Notes: generated by a model from the letters alone, not told the origin. A DNA stretch of 62,381 bases from an uncultured Chloroflexia bacterium (GCA_963810095.1 CAWEMM010000005.1:1-62381); one strand, 5' to 3'; shown: positions 42,785-54,243, counted from the stretch's first letter. Program-made: numbers and translations.

Positions 42785-44110
42785 CGAAGGAAACGATTCA
42801 TGGCAAGTCGGGCCAGGTAGAGCACGACAGGGCCCGCGTTTCGAAATGGCGGCGAGAGAGTCACCGAGGCGACGCCCGCATCTGCCTCCGCCGTCAGGTT
42901 AGCGGCCGCCCCCGACTCGCGCGTCGGCACGCTGTACCATTCGATGGCATAGGTGGCCGGCTCCAGCAACATCGTGAACGGCTCGCCTGATTCCGCAGGC
43001 TGCAGCACCAGGTACTCGCGGCCCGAATTGGCCAGCACGTAGCCGCTCGAGCTGAGTTCCCCACGCGGCGCCATCTCCATAAGGTTCACGCGCTCGGCGT
43101 ACCTCAACGTATCGCCCATGGCAAAACGCGCGGCTTCGAACACCTGAAAGGCCGGCGACGCTTCGGCCGGTTCAATATCCCCGATGAGCCCGAAGTCCAT
43201 CAGGATCGGGTGATGCCCGCGCAGGAATGACTTCCACGCCCACAGCGCGTCGCCCTGCCCCGGGGCATAATGGTCGGTGTCGGTGATCATGACCTTTGTG
43301 CCGTCGGCCGGGGGCGGGTTGCCGTACCAGTGCGAAGGCGGACTGCCGGTCGCGGCCGGGTGCCCTCCCTGAGCGAAGATCTCGTCGTCGTACCCCGGCG
43401 AAATCCACCCCGCTGCGCTGCTGAGGAGAGGGTCGTTGACGCTGGTTTGAATGGCTACCGGGTACTGCATGGTCATGCCGATCGGGTGGCTGGCGTACCC
43501 CTGCTGCGCCTCGTGGCGCTTGACGACGTCGATCACCCAGTATTGCCACTCGGTGGAGTCGCCCCAGTTCGTCCCGGAGCCGACTCCCAGCGCGTCGGCA
43601 ACCGCCCCATCCACTGATCCGCCGCCCGAGGATTCGTTCGCGACCTCATAGAGAACGTTGGGCAGATCGTGGACCGTGTCGACAACCCTTCGAATATACG
43701 CCTCCTGAAGCGCCTGGACTTTGGGATCCAGCGGCAAGACCTGGTAATCGACGATCGACGTGATCCCGACGTCGTTGATGTTGTTGAGCAGGTGAAACGG
43801 GTGGCCCTCGACGTTGTCGGGTGGCGGGCTGAGGTGAAGCGCCCAGCCTTCGAAAAGCATCACGGACACGTAGATTCCCGCGTTGCCTGCGGCCACCACG
43901 TCGTCGCGGAGCCGGTCGAAATAGCCCTGGTCAAACGCCTCCAGGTCGAACTTTGGCTTCCCGTCCTTGGCCGTTCCGGGCACGGTGCGCAGCCAGGGCT
44001 GCGGAGCCATGCACAGGTGGAAACTTCCACTGGCCGCTTGGGATTTCACGTGCTCCCAGCGCCACAACCGGATGAAGTTGTGGCCGCGCTCCTTGAGAAA
44101 CCTGAAGTAA
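42781..44110 (-). pseudogene. Glycoside-hydrolase-like protein (DUF6298-type), N-terminal region deleted or garbled
   Basis: GHNFIRLWRWE, PKFDL, NVLYEVANE, TDTDH, WKSFLRG. Confidence 0.6.
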
Positions 44111-44421
44111 CGCGGGTTTGTCGAGGACACCACGAGCGGGCGCCAGCCGCAAATGTCAGCCTGTCGTCGGTTGTTTGCATCATTTTGTCTATATTCCCTG
44201 CTTGACGCACGTTCGCAAACCGCCATTTCCATAGACTTGCGCCAGTATAATCCGGTATGGATGGCGGTGAGTGTAGAAAACATGACACTGTCATGGTTTT
44301 GCGAGATTCGCCCTGGCATCAATTGTCGGTGTAACTACATCGGCAAGAGCATGACTGGCGGTAATTGTTGTCCGTCGGTCCGCAACGACAGCAATCGTCG
44401 ATGCGGGCAGAGGAGGGCATC

Positions 44422-44916
44422 ATGACCGAGAGCGCCAGGGAGGCCACCGGAGTGGCGGTCGGCCGCGTCATGCACGCGCCGGGTCCCGGACCCGAACACC
44501 GGCGCCTGGATGTGTTCATCGGCAAGTGGATCAACGAGGGGCAGACGGTGCCGGCCGCGGGGGCGCCGTCCACCAGGATTTTGACGAGTGACGTCTATGA
44601 ATGGATGCCGGGCGGGTTCTTCGTGCTGCACACCGCATACGGTCGCATCGGCAATGTAGACGTGGGCGGCACCGAGATCATCGGCTATGACCCGGCGAGC
44701 AAGACATATCGCTCGGTCTTGTACGACAGCCAGGGCAACATCGATGAAGACAAGCTGACGGTCGAGGGTGATACCTGGACCTGGGCAGGCGCGACACATC
44801 GCGCGAGATCGGTATTCACCGACAACGGCAAGACGCAGACGTGCCGTCACGAGCGGTTGGACGAGAGCGAAACGTGGGTACACGCGATGGACGTGGTACT
44901 GGTCAAGGTCACTTAG
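44422..44916 (+). CDS. DUF1579-like protein
   Basis: PGPEHRRLDVFIGKW, YEWMPGGFF, IIGYD; RBS GAGGAGG; upstream CGTCGG-N17-CGTC. Confidence 0.75.
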   Translation: MTESAREATGVAVGRVMHAPGPGPEHRRLDVFIGKWINEGQTVPAAGAPSTRILTSDVYEWMPGGFFVLHTAYGRIGNVDVGGTEIIGYDPASKTYRSVLYDSQGNIDEDKLTVEGDTWTWAGATHRARSVFTDNGKTQTCRHERLDESETWVHAMDVVLVKVT

Positions 44917-44943
44917 GGCTGAGAATCGGCAGAGGAGAAAAGT

Positions 44944-45756
44944 ATGGAGACGGTACGGTCGGCGGACGGGACGACGATCGCATATGACCGGATGGGACGG
45001 GGCCCTGCGCTTGTCCTGGTAAACGGTGCGAGCGCCACGCGGGCGGATGCGAAGTCCGTCGCCGCAGCCCTGGCGCCCCGTTTCACGGTGTACGCGTACG
45101 ACCGGCGCGGCCGCGGCGACAGCGGCGACACCCAGCCGTACGCGGCCGAACGCGAGGTCGAAGACCTCGACGCGGTGATCGACCAGGCGGGCGGCTCGGC
45201 CTTCGTATTCGGCCATTCATCAGGCGCGGTGCTGGCGCTCGAGGCCGCGCGGCTCCTGCCCGGCAAGGTCAGCAAGTTGGCCCTGTACGAGCCGCCGTTC
45301 ATCATCGACAACAGCCGGCCTCCGACGCCCGAGGACTTCGTCCAGCGACTGAACGGGCTGGTGGCGGAGGGGCGCAGAGAGGAAGCAGCCGAGCTTTGGA
45401 ACAGGAACATAGGCCTTCCGGAGGAAATGATCGCCGGAATGCGGCAATCGCCGTATTGGCCGAGATTGGTCGCCTTGGCGCACACGTTGCCGTACGACGC
45501 CACGATCGTTGGCGACACCGAGTCCGGCAGCCCACTGCCGCTGCGAAAGTGGTCTTCCGTGAGCACGCCGACCCTGGTGATTGACGGCACGCTGTTTCTC
45601 GGTCGGGAGGTGGGACACGAATGGATGCACCACGCGGCGGACGAGATCGGTCGCGTGCTACCAAATGCCCAGCGCCAGACGCTTGAAGGTCAGGACCACG
45701 GACCTGCCGATGATGTCCTCGTCCCGGCGCTCGTAGCGTTTTTCCTCAACGGTTAA
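44944..45756 (+). CDS. Alpha/beta hydrolase
   Basis: SADGTTIAY, YDRRGRGDS, GHSSGA, YEPP, GQDH. Confidence 0.9.
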   Translation: METVRSADGTTIAYDRMGRGPALVLVNGASATRADAKSVAAALAPRFTVYAYDRRGRGDSGDTQPYAAEREVEDLDAVIDQAGGSAFVFGHSSGAVLALEAARLLPGKVSKLALYEPPFIIDNSRPPTPEDFVQRLNGLVAEGRREEAAELWNRNIGLPEEMIAGMRQSPYWPRLVALAHTLPYDATIVGDTESGSPLPLRKWSSVSTPTLVIDGTLFLGREVGHEWMHHAADEIGRVLPNAQRQTLEGQDHGPADDVLVPALVAFFLNG

Positions 45757-46355
45757 CCGGGCCCGGCCCGGGTCGAAGTTGCCGTGATCGAGCGCTGATG
45801 ACAACCGGTAAGCCTCCACACTTCCAGGACTACGATCCGGCCGCTACTTCCATCTACGCGTACGCAGTCGCCGGTCTTCAAACGCGTCGTCGCCTGTTGC
45901 ACGCCCACCACCGCGGGAATGTCGAACTCGCGCGCCACGCCAGACCCGTGCGTGATGAGCCCGCCAATCTCCATCACCGGGCCGGCTGCGGTCAGAAACA
46001 ACGGCGTCCAGCCCGGATCAGTCGATGGACACACAAGGATCTCCCCGGGATCCAGGTGAGCACTGCGTGGATCGAGGATTACCCTTACTCGCCCTTCGCT
46101 CGTGCCCGGCGAGACCGCCTCGCCCTTCAGCTCGCCTTCACTCAGTCCGGTCTCGAGCAATCCTTCATAGTAAGCTTCACCTGTGCTCAGGAGCACGTTC
46201 GGCATCTGCCGGCGCTTGGCTTCGCGCTCATATCCCAGCCGGTTCGTCACAACGATTTGCTTCAAGGCTACCTGCTCACCCTCGGCAAGCTGCCAGAGAA
46301 TCTGCAGTGGTACGAAGAAGATGTCTTGGGCGTTTTCCCGCTGCCCGTACGCCAC
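45753..46355 (-). pseudogene. C-terminal phosphohistidine-swivel fragment of a second rifampin-phosphotransferase-like dikinase
   Basis: DIFF, GEILVCPSTDPGWTPLF, GGLITHGSGVAREFDIPAV. Confidence 0.7.
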
Positions 46356-46483
46356 GAGACGAGACGCGCAGTCGCGGCCGTCCGCTCTCCAACGCTATCG
46401 GGGTACGCCCCGCCAGTGCAGGATCGCGCGCCGTAAAGTACCAGTCGCGTCAAGACAGGGGGCGAAATCCCCCAGCAAGTCGG

Positions 46484-46654
46484 TCAACCGCAGGCCCACG
46501 ATGCCGCCGCGATGTCCTTAACGTCGCTTATGTGAAGTCGCGATCGGCTGACCTCAACATTGAGCAGCTTGTCCGCAGAGATGCCCACCTCCTCGGCGAG
46601 TTCCTTTCGCGTGAGCCTGACGGCGAGGCGCGCGGCTCGAATCCGGCCGCACAT
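46484..46654 (-). CDS. Small XRE-type helix-turn-helix protein or remnant (absent from the ORF track)
   Basis: MCGRIRAARLAVRLTRKELAEEVGISADKLLNVE. Confidence 0.5.
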   Translation of the reverse strand: MCGRIRAARLAVRLTRKELAEEVGISADKLLNVEVSRSRLHISDVKDIAAASWACG

Positions 46655-47041
46655 GGCAGCGTCAGCGGTATCCCTCGGCAGATCCTCCCCTTCTCTTCTT
46701 TGCCGATAACCCTTCCTGATGGCCAGGGTCGCGGCCGAGGCTCAGGCGCCGGCTTGAGAACGCGCTGGCGCACATTGCGGCACCCAGGATCGCCAGCTGG
46801 CCGGCCGGTGCACGACTGCATCGGCGCGATCCAGATCTAGGAGCGAGGTCAGCCGGGCCTCAAGCCGCCGCTCCGGCACGTCATACCGGTTCGACGCGTC
46901 CACCACGGCGGCGACCTTGACCGCCCCGTAGGCTTGCGCAGCGTCAGGCAGCGCCGCATCGGCGTCGGCCTTGACCGAGCCAAGCTCCCCGCAATACGTT
47001 TCGGCCCATCGGACTGCTTCGCGGGGACGCCTCCTCATCTA

Positions 47042-47611
<570 letters not shown>

Positions 47612-47659
47612 CAGGCGAATTGGGCGCGAAGAGTTCAGCAATGTGTGGGCCAAGTAGGG

Positions 47660-48162
47660 CTAAAGCAAGGACGCGAGGCTAACGTAAGGCGATCGATAGC
47701 CCGTCTTGATCATGTCTGCTAACACCTGTTCGCCATCCGCTAGTGGCAAGATGCCTGTGCGCACTGCCTGCGTCAACACACCAAGCGTTCCTGACACGAT
47801 GACCCCGAGTTCACGCCCAACTGCCCGCGCTCGAGCGTTCATGCGACAAGAAGGTCCATTCCCGTTGCTTCGCCATCGCCAGGCAAGAAGCCGCGCCCCG
47901 GTGAATCCCAGACGGCAGTTCGGCGAAGAGACCCGATTCCTCGTCACCCGATAACCCGGTCAAGCGCTACATCGTCGCTGTTGAACGGATAGATATGAGC
48001 TTCGATCCCCTCGTAAGAGGCCGCGTCCTCGGCCGGGCAGTCATGAATCTCGGCTTAGACCTCGGTCGAAATGCGCAACTTAGCGAACACCACGCGGAGA
48101 ATGTCCAGCCTGCCGACCGAGGCGAAGTTGGACATGACGGTCGTGTTAGCGATGACGGACAT
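47660..48162 (-). pseudogene. PIN-domain (DUF3368-like) toxin, disrupted
   Basis: MSVIANTTVMSNFASVGRLDIL...; tail ARAVGRELGVIVSGTLGVL...GYR; in-frame TAA near 48055 plus frameshifts; TAATG overlap with the antitoxin. Confidence 0.65.
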
Positions 48163-48410
48163 TAGCCCCGCCGCTCGCCAAGCACCCGGCCCAGATCCTC
48201 GACCTCTTGCCTTGCCTCCGCCTCGTCGGCCCGTCCCAGGCGCAGTTGCGCACCGCGCTCAACCAGCAATGCCTTCATCCGGTCCAAGCTGACGCCGGCG
48301 AGATGGGCCGCGTGAGCAAGCGAGATATGTTCGGTTTCGTAGCGGTGTGCGGCCAACTCCACACGCAACTGCGGCTTTTCGCGCAGAAGCGCCCGCAGCG
48401 CATCCGGCAA
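48162..48410 (-). CDS. UPF0175-family antitoxin (start uncertain)
   Basis: LRVELAAHRYETEHISLAHAAHLAGVS...LLVERG. Confidence 0.65.
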   Translation of the reverse strand: MPDALRALLREKPQLRVELAAHRYETEHISLAHAAHLAGVSLDRMKALLVERGAQLRLGRADEAEARQEVEDLGRVLGERRG

Positions 48411-49065
48411 GGGAGACGTTGATCTCGGCTTGATGCGCGTTATAAAGGGCCCGGGCCTGCCGGATGGCGCTCGCGGGTAGGTCGGGTCGTCGAGCCGCTG
48501 CTTGAGGCCGCCGACCTTCTCCAAAACAGCCAACACAAGGAACTCGTTTAGCGGCCAGGCGAACCCTTGCTTCGGTATGTGGCTAATTCACCGAAGGATT
48601 TGGGACACCCGAGCTGAAGCGGGCGGAGGGTCTTCTCAAGGGCCAGCCGACCAGCCAGGCGTGAGCATAGCAAGCGTGCAGGGTGTCCGTGGATGCTGAA
48701 GCGGATGGCCTTGATAACAATGTGCCTACTTCGCGTCAGACTGGTTCCTGGGCACCAGTTCTGCTGTGTGGAAGAAGTCCCGCAGATCCTCCAGATCCGG
48801 AAGTATCGGTCTCGTATCTTGCAAGCCCTGGATCTCGACACGCGCAACCGTTGTCTTGCCGAACTGCGGCTTCTCCGTCAGGACCGTCACATCGACGTCG
48901 TTGCATGGCTTGCTGACCGGGTTCCAGCGATAGCTCATACCGTCCTGGATAGGGCCTTTCAGGGCCACGACCTGGGTGTCGAATCCCCTGCCGGCGTCCG
49001 CCGCTGGCAGATCTCATCTGCCAGTAAATGTGACGCTGTCTCTCCCCTTTTCTCTCGTCGGGCTG

Positions 49066-49812
49066 CTATTCTGCCAATACGGCGGCTGGTCTCATCCTGG
49101 AGTCAGAACTCGCCCGATCCGATCCTTCCACTTCCATCTCGCTCGGTTCGGCTATCCCCTTGCGCACGGCAAAAAGCGCGGCCTGGGTCCGAGTGTCGAG
49201 TTGCAACTTAGCGAGGACGTGGCTCACGTGCGTCCGCACCGTCCTTTCACTGATCTCGAGGCGTCTCCCGATGGCGCGATTGCTCAACCCCACTGCAAGA
49301 CACTGGAGGACCATTGTCTCGCGCTGGGTGAGCGACTCGTGAACCGGTTCCCGCTCGCGTCGACGACCGACTTCCAGCAGCAGCCTCCGCGCCAGTGCAG
49401 AATCAATCGAGGTCTCGCCTCTTGCCACGCGGCGGATCCCGCGCACCAATTCGGCCGCCGAAGAGTCCTTGAGCAGGTAGCCAGCGGCGCCCGCCCTGAT
49501 CGCCTGCAGCACATCATCGTCTGCACCGGTTCCGGTCAGCACGAGCACCGCTGATTCGCGTCTTGCGGCCGTGATCTGCCGCGTAGCTTCGATTCCGTCC
49601 ATCAGGGGCATTCGCAAGTCCATCAATATCACATCCGGCTCCAGTTCTCTGGCGCATGACACTGCCTCTTGCCCGTTACGCGCCTCACCAACGACCTGGA
49701 AGCCAGGGACCTCGTAGAGCAAAGCGCGAATGCCCTTGCGCACGAGCTCATGGTCGTCTACGACCAGGATGCGGGTGGGATTCCTCGAGGATTCGAGTGC
49801 GTCGTCGGTCAT
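49066..49812 (-). CDS. NarL/LuxR-family response regulator
   Basis: LVVDDH, ILMDLRMP, GYLLKD, LTQRE...TVRTHVSHVLAKL. Confidence 0.92.
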   Translation of the reverse strand: MTDDALESSRNPTRILVVDDHELVRKGIRALLYEVPGFQVVGEARNGQEAVSCARELEPDVILMDLRMPLMDGIEATRQITAARRESAVLVLTGTGADDDVLQAIRAGAAGYLLKDSSAAELVRGIRRVARGETSIDSALARRLLLEVGRRREREPVHESLTQRETMVLQCLAVGLSNRAIGRRLEISERTVRTHVSHVLAKLQLDTRTQAALFAVRKGIAEPSEMEVEGSDRASSDSRMRPAAVLAE

Positions 49813-50018
49813 TGAGACGTCTTAACCTCACCCGCTTGCTTCTGCCGTCGGATATGTTTCCGCTGCCCCTTCGAGGCTCGCTTGGGCCTGTCTGATGCGC
49901 GTCGATGAGCCACGTACGTGGTAGACGCGCTCGTCGGGTGAGGAACCGCGGGCGCGGGCAAAGCGGCTGCCCGCTTGAGTTCGATCGCCTGCTCACCTTC
50001 GGTGTCGGTATCCGTCAC
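49809..50018 (-). CDS. Small basic-tailed protein; paralog of 54244-54477
   Basis: GTG start after AGGAG; SKGQRKHIRRQKQAG; stop overlaps the next ATG. Confidence 0.55.
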   Translation of the reverse strand: MTDTDTEGEQAIELKRAAALPAPAVPHPTSASTTYVAHRRASDRPKRASKGQRKHIRRQKQAGEVKTSQ

Positions 50019-50070
50019 GGTATTCGCTCCTGTTTGAGAACTGTTGTGTGCCGTTTGGGGGCGCATTCTG

Positions 50071-50418
50071 CTATTGATCGCTTTGGCGGCTCTCTCTCTC
50101 GACTGCACGTACCAAAGGCATGGCGCCTCGGCGAGGATACAGGTTGACCGCGTGCGCACCGACGTCAATCAGCAGACCGAGTCCGAGTCCGAGCCATTCA
50201 GGGCCCGTAACGCCTTCCCCAACCACCATCAAGTACGCCCAGGTCGTCCAGGGGAACAAAACGGCGCCGGCCAGTGGCCAAACCAGTGGCGGGAAGGCGA
50301 GAGCAGCCGGCTGCGGCCACCCTTCGAAGGTCAGCCTAATGCGCCCTGGATCTGCGCACCAAACCAGGATGGCCAGCCGTGGACCGAGCATAAGCAGCGT
50401 GGTTACCAGATAGCGCAC
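50071..50418 (-). CDS. Small hypothetical membrane protein
   Basis: GPRLAILVW, FPWTTWAY, WLGLGLGLLID; RBS GAGGAGG. Confidence 0.6.
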   Translation of the reverse strand: MRYLVTTLLMLGPRLAILVWCADPGRIRLTFEGWPQPAALAFPPLVWPLAGAVLFPWTTWAYLMVVGEGVTGPEWLGLGLGLLIDVGAHAVNLYPRRGAMPLVRAVERESRQSDQ

Positions 50419-50445
50419 GCTTTCCTCCTCAAATACACTCTTCCA

Positions 50446-50907
50446 CTACGCCACGCCAGCTTCCGGCAGACAAGCCGCGCGTAATTCACTTGTGGAGCAC
50501 CCCTTCAGCAAGAAGACGTCCGCGCCGGCTTCGAGCGCAGACGCACGGTCGGTGGCGTACAGTGTCAGCACCACGATTCGGACCTCGGGCCACCGGCCCC
50601 TGATCATCTTGATCGCTTCCAGCCCTTCGGGCTCCGGCTTTTGCAATTCCATCACCACGACATCGGGACGCAGCAACACCGCTTTTTCGATCGCGGTCTG
50701 GCTGTCGCTGGCCTCATCGATAATCTCGATCTGCCTGCCGGATTCGGCGCCGGCGAACCCGCCAGCGGCGCTATCACTCCAATGCATGGCCGTCAGCAAG
50801 GCATGCAGGCTCCGTCGTGCCCTCGGTTGGTTGTCGATAATCAGGACACGGCTCACGATCTGGCCCAGAGACAGTCGGTCCCAGTGAAGGGATAGGGCGG
50901 GCGCCAC
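50446..50907 (-). CDS. Stand-alone, atypical response-regulator receiver (start uncertain)
   Basis: VLIIDNQ, PDVVVME (Glu at the expected phospho-Asp position), VVLT, GADVFLLKG. Confidence 0.7.
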   Translation of the reverse strand: MAPALSLHWDRLSLGQIVSRVLIIDNQPRARRSLHALLTAMHWSDSAAGGFAGAESGRQIEIIDEASDSQTAIEKAVLLRPDVVVMELQKPEPEGLEAIKMIRGRWPEVRIVVLTLYATDRASALEAGADVFLLKGCSTSELRAACLPEAGVA

Positions 50908-51128
50908 TCACGGTCACCGGTCTTGTCCAGGTTGGTCGACATGGCCCGTCCCGCGTAGCCGTCGGTGCATGTCACGGTCAAACCTGCGGGCGGCGTGCGG
51001 GTGGGCGTATCTGCAATGCGAGCTTCGTCGCCCCATCTGAGTTCTGCTTGCACATCGTCATCTACGGTTACCATTTGCTTGCCTCCCGGCTTCACAACAC
51101 GCCAGATTGCCAGCGCTGACGATTGTGC

Positions 51129-51482
51129 CTAGCTGGCGCTTTCTTGCTCGTCGCGGTGCTGGCGCATCCAGCGAATGCTCTGTGACTCCGCGTGGTATTC
51201 GGTGTAGCCGTACCTGCGTTGCAGTAGGCTTGCAAGCCTGCCGGCTTTGCCTTCGATGCCGGCCACCTCGTCGTCTTCGATCCGGCTCCACCAGACCTGA
51301 ATCAGGTGACTGACCTGCTTCCACCGACTCTCGGACAAGTCTTCGCTAGTCGTCGTGAGTGCCAGCTTGTTCACCGACCAATAGTCGACGGGGAAGATCT
51401 CCGGTAACGCCTCTCTGGTCCCGTCGACCGCGGCCTTCGGGTCCACGTCGCTGGGATGTGATTCTGGTTTTTCGGTTTCCAT
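51129..51482 (-). CDS. CsbD/YjbJ-like general stress protein
   Basis: RWKQ......WW.....D....IEG....L...LQRRYGY pattern. Confidence 0.65.
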   Translation of the reverse strand: METEKPESHPSDVDPKAAVDGTREALPEIFPVDYWSVNKLALTTTSEDLSESRWKQVSHLIQVWWSRIEDDEVAGIEGKAGRLASLLQRRYGYTEYHAESQSIRWMRQHRDEQESAS

Positions 51483-51727
51483 GCTGCGGCTCCAATCGGC
51501 TGCGCGTGTGGTGGCTCCGCCACCGGAGCGCTCGTTTGCCTACTTACCACCGTACCAGCATAGCGTACGGAAGCGCCGGTGTCGTCAGCGCGAACGATAG
51601 AATGCGCCCTGTGCAAAAGATTGTCCCAAAGAGTAAGGCGGATCATTTGTTGCGGGCGGTTTGGCGTACGTTGGGGGGAGGGGACGGCTCCGTACCTTCG
51701 CTACCAGTCTCAGCGGTGTCGCGGGCC

Positions 51728-52945
51728 TTAGCTCCCAGGGTCCTCAGCCGGGTGGGGATCCTGCCCGCGCGGAATTATGCTCTCCGCCTCTTCGGTCAGG
51801 CGGTTCAATCGCTCAACGAGGCTTGCCTGGACCGGCGTCAAGTGGCCGTTGTTCCTCGCAACTGCCCCCTGGATGGTCGCCACCTGTATCTTGTGCTGTT
51901 CGACGCGTTCGCTATCCGTAGACCTACCTGCGGTTACTGGCACGGCTGGGGAGAGGAGCTCGCTCAGCACAATTTGGACCACGGCTGCGAGTGGGACTGC
52001 GAGCAGCAGTCCGACGATGCCGAGCGGCTTCGTCAATACGAGCATCATCACGATTGCGAGCATGGAGTTGTAGCGCCGGTGGCCAAGTAATCGAGGCGCG
52101 ACGATCGACTTCAGGACCAGCAGGACAACCAGGGTATACAACGCCGCGGCAGCTCCGAGGGCCGGCCCGCCGATGAGTCCGACGAGGGCGGCCGGAATAA
52201 TCGCCAGGGCCCAGCCGAGCAAGGGAATCAGCGCAAAGACAGCCGCGAGTAGGGCCACGGTTACGGGTGCATCGAGGCCCAGTAGCCTGTAGCCCAGGGC
52301 CAACAGAATACCGGACGCCACAAACTGGAGTGCGGTGCTACGCAGGTAGGCGCCCACTCCGTCCTCGATGCCCTGCCAGATGCCGCGCGCTCGGATGCGG
52401 CGCTCGGCCTGTAGCATCGAGAGCCAGAGCCGCTCGAAGCGATCACGGTCGATGCTCCAGTAGATGCTGAGCACCAGCACCAGAGCGATCCGGCTGAACG
52501 CTTCGACCACCCCTAGGGTGAGCCCAAGTCCGGTTTGGATAAGCTGCAAGTTCAGCGCGCTTTGCACGGCCCCATAAACCTCATCCGGCTGGGGGATCTG
52601 CTGAGCAATGAACTGCTGCAAGGGGCTTCCCGCCGGCCACGCGGTGCGGAGCTGCTCCCAGGCGGCCGCGAACCCTCTGCTCGCGGCCTGGCCCTCGACG
52701 ATCAAGGCGTCGCTCAGCAAAAACAACAGGCCGCCCAGCAGGCCCAGGCCGATCAGGTAGGTCAGGCTTACCGCCAGCCCGCGTGGCAGCCGACGTGAGG
52801 AGAGATAGTCAATGGGCCGCCGCATGGCGGCAGCCAGGGCCAGGGCAAAGACGAAGAGCATCGCCACACTGCGGAATTGCCATAGCAGGAACACCCCGGT
52901 CAGGGTGGCGAGCACCAGTGCGAAGTAGCCAAGCGTCTTGTTCAC
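51728..52945 (-). CDS. AI-2E family transporter
   Basis: Multi-TM; GVGAYLRS, LIPLLG, IVAPRLL, GLLLAVPLAA. Confidence 0.85.
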   Translation of the reverse strand: MNKTLGYFALVLATLTGVFLLWQFRSVAMLFVFALALAAAMRRPIDYLSSRRLPRGLAVSLTYLIGLGLLGGLLFLLSDALIVEGQAASRGFAAAWEQLRTAWPAGSPLQQFIAQQIPQPDEVYGAVQSALNLQLIQTGLGLTLGVVEAFSRIALVLVLSIYWSIDRDRFERLWLSMLQAERRIRARGIWQGIEDGVGAYLRSTALQFVASGILLALGYRLLGLDAPVTVALLAAVFALIPLLGWALAIIPAALVGLIGGPALGAAAALYTLVVLLVLKSIVAPRLLGHRRYNSMLAIVMMLVLTKPLGIVGLLLAVPLAAVVQIVLSELLSPAVPVTAGRSTDSERVEQHKIQVATIQGAVARNNGHLTPVQASLVERLNRLTEEAESIIPRGQDPHPAEDPGS

Positions 52946-54240
52946 GCGGTCTCCTCGGCCTCTACTGCCTGCGCCAAGAGGCTTTCGAGGCTCAGAGCCG
53001 CTACCTCGACCAGGTCCTCGATCCGGTCCCCTTCCGCGTCCTCTGCGTCTTGCTTGTAGCGCATTTGACTGCGGACATCCTGTACGAGGTCATGGGCGCG
53101 GTAGCGGAGCATGCTGGCCCGGTCTCGCCCGACGGGCTGTTTCCCGCGCGCGGTTTCGCGGACAAGGACGGCGTAGTTCAGCAGAATCTGGATCAGTGCG
53201 GCGAGGGGAATAGCCAGGACCGCGCCCGGTAGACCGAACAGGGTGCTGAAGGCCAGAATGGCCAGGATCGTTACGACCGGGCTGACGCCGACCGCTTTGT
53301 CCATCACCCGCGGCACCAGGAGGTGTCCCTCCGCTTGCTGAATCACGATGGTAGCTACTATTACCCAAATGACCTTGCTCGGATCGACGGAGAGAGCAAG
53401 CAGGACGGGCAGCACGGCTCCCAGGATGGGGCCAACAACCGGCACAGCTTCGAAGACACCCGCCAGCAGGCCCAACACCAGGGGCGAGGGCAGCCCGATA
53501 ATGAGATACGCAATTGTGGCCATCACCCCGACCACGGCGCTCAGGACGGATAGGCCTCGAACATAGGCGCCGATCTTTGTCTCCATCTCGGAGATCAGGT
53601 GAAGCCACTCTTCGCGGCGGTCGGCAGCAAAGTGGAGCATTGCGCCGCGAACCATGCGGTCGCCGTCCAGGGTCCAGTAGAAAGCCAGCGCCAGGATGGC
53701 CGCGCCGACAAACAGCAGCCGCCATATGATGCCGACGTAGCCCAGGGCTTGCCCCACCGCGCCCAGCGCTAACCCTCCGCCGGCTTGTGGCGGCAAGCTG
53801 AGCGTCAGTTGGGCAGGGAGTTGCTGTGCCAGGCGCTGGACGAGCGCGCTCGACGAGGTTCCGAGCGAAGCGTGGACGCTCTGGTAATAAGCCGGCAGCT
53901 TGGCGATGATACCTTTGGCCTGCTCGATCAATAGCGGGGCCAACAGCAGGATGAAGCCGATCAACAGAGCCAGCAGCGCCAAGTAGACAAGAATTACGCC
54001 TGCCTCACGACGCACCCCTCGGCGGTTTAGCCAATCCACGGCTGGACGAATGACTGTCCCGAGCACCAGGGCCGAGAACAGGATGAACGCGACGTTATAG
54101 AACCGGAATACAAACCAAAAGCCCAGCGCGACGAGCACCGCGCCGAGGGTGGTCAGCACGACGCGCTTGGCGGTCCACTGGCTAACGCTCCCCTCCGTCA
54201 CAGGGGACCTCATGGTAGGCACTTGGTCACCAGCTGACAC
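52942..54240 (-). CDS. AI-2E family transporter
   Basis: IGAYVRG, VPVVGP, QQAEGHLLVPRVM..AVGVSP, GAVLAIPLAA. Confidence 0.88.
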   Translation of the reverse strand: MSAGDQVPTMRSPVTEGSVSQWTAKRVVLTTLGAVLVALGFWFVFRFYNVAFILFSALVLGTVIRPAVDWLNRRGVRREAGVILVYLALLALLIGFILLLAPLLIEQAKGIIAKLPAYYQSVHASLGTSSSALVQRLAQQLPAQLTLSLPPQAGGGLALGAVGQALGYVGIIWRLLFVGAAILALAFYWTLDGDRMVRGAMLHFAADRREEWLHLISEMETKIGAYVRGLSVLSAVVGVMATIAYLIIGLPSPLVLGLLAGVFEAVPVVGPILGAVLPVLLALSVDPSKVIWVIVATIVIQQAEGHLLVPRVMDKAVGVSPVVTILAILAFSTLFGLPGAVLAIPLAALIQILLNYAVLVRETARGKQPVGRDRASMLRYRAHDLVQDVRSQMRYKQDAEDAEGDRIEDLVEVAALSLESLLAQAVEAEETA

Positions 54241-54243
54241 GGG

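Noticed and set aside
16530-47040. Integron cassette array
   Set aside because: Genes are in mixed orientation, there is no intI, and I could not find recurrent RYYYAAC...GTTRRRY attC sites by eye; a covariance search is still advisable
48540-49060. Possible defence gene remnant
   Set aside because: Only short ORFs with no recognisable motif; cannot be supported without a search
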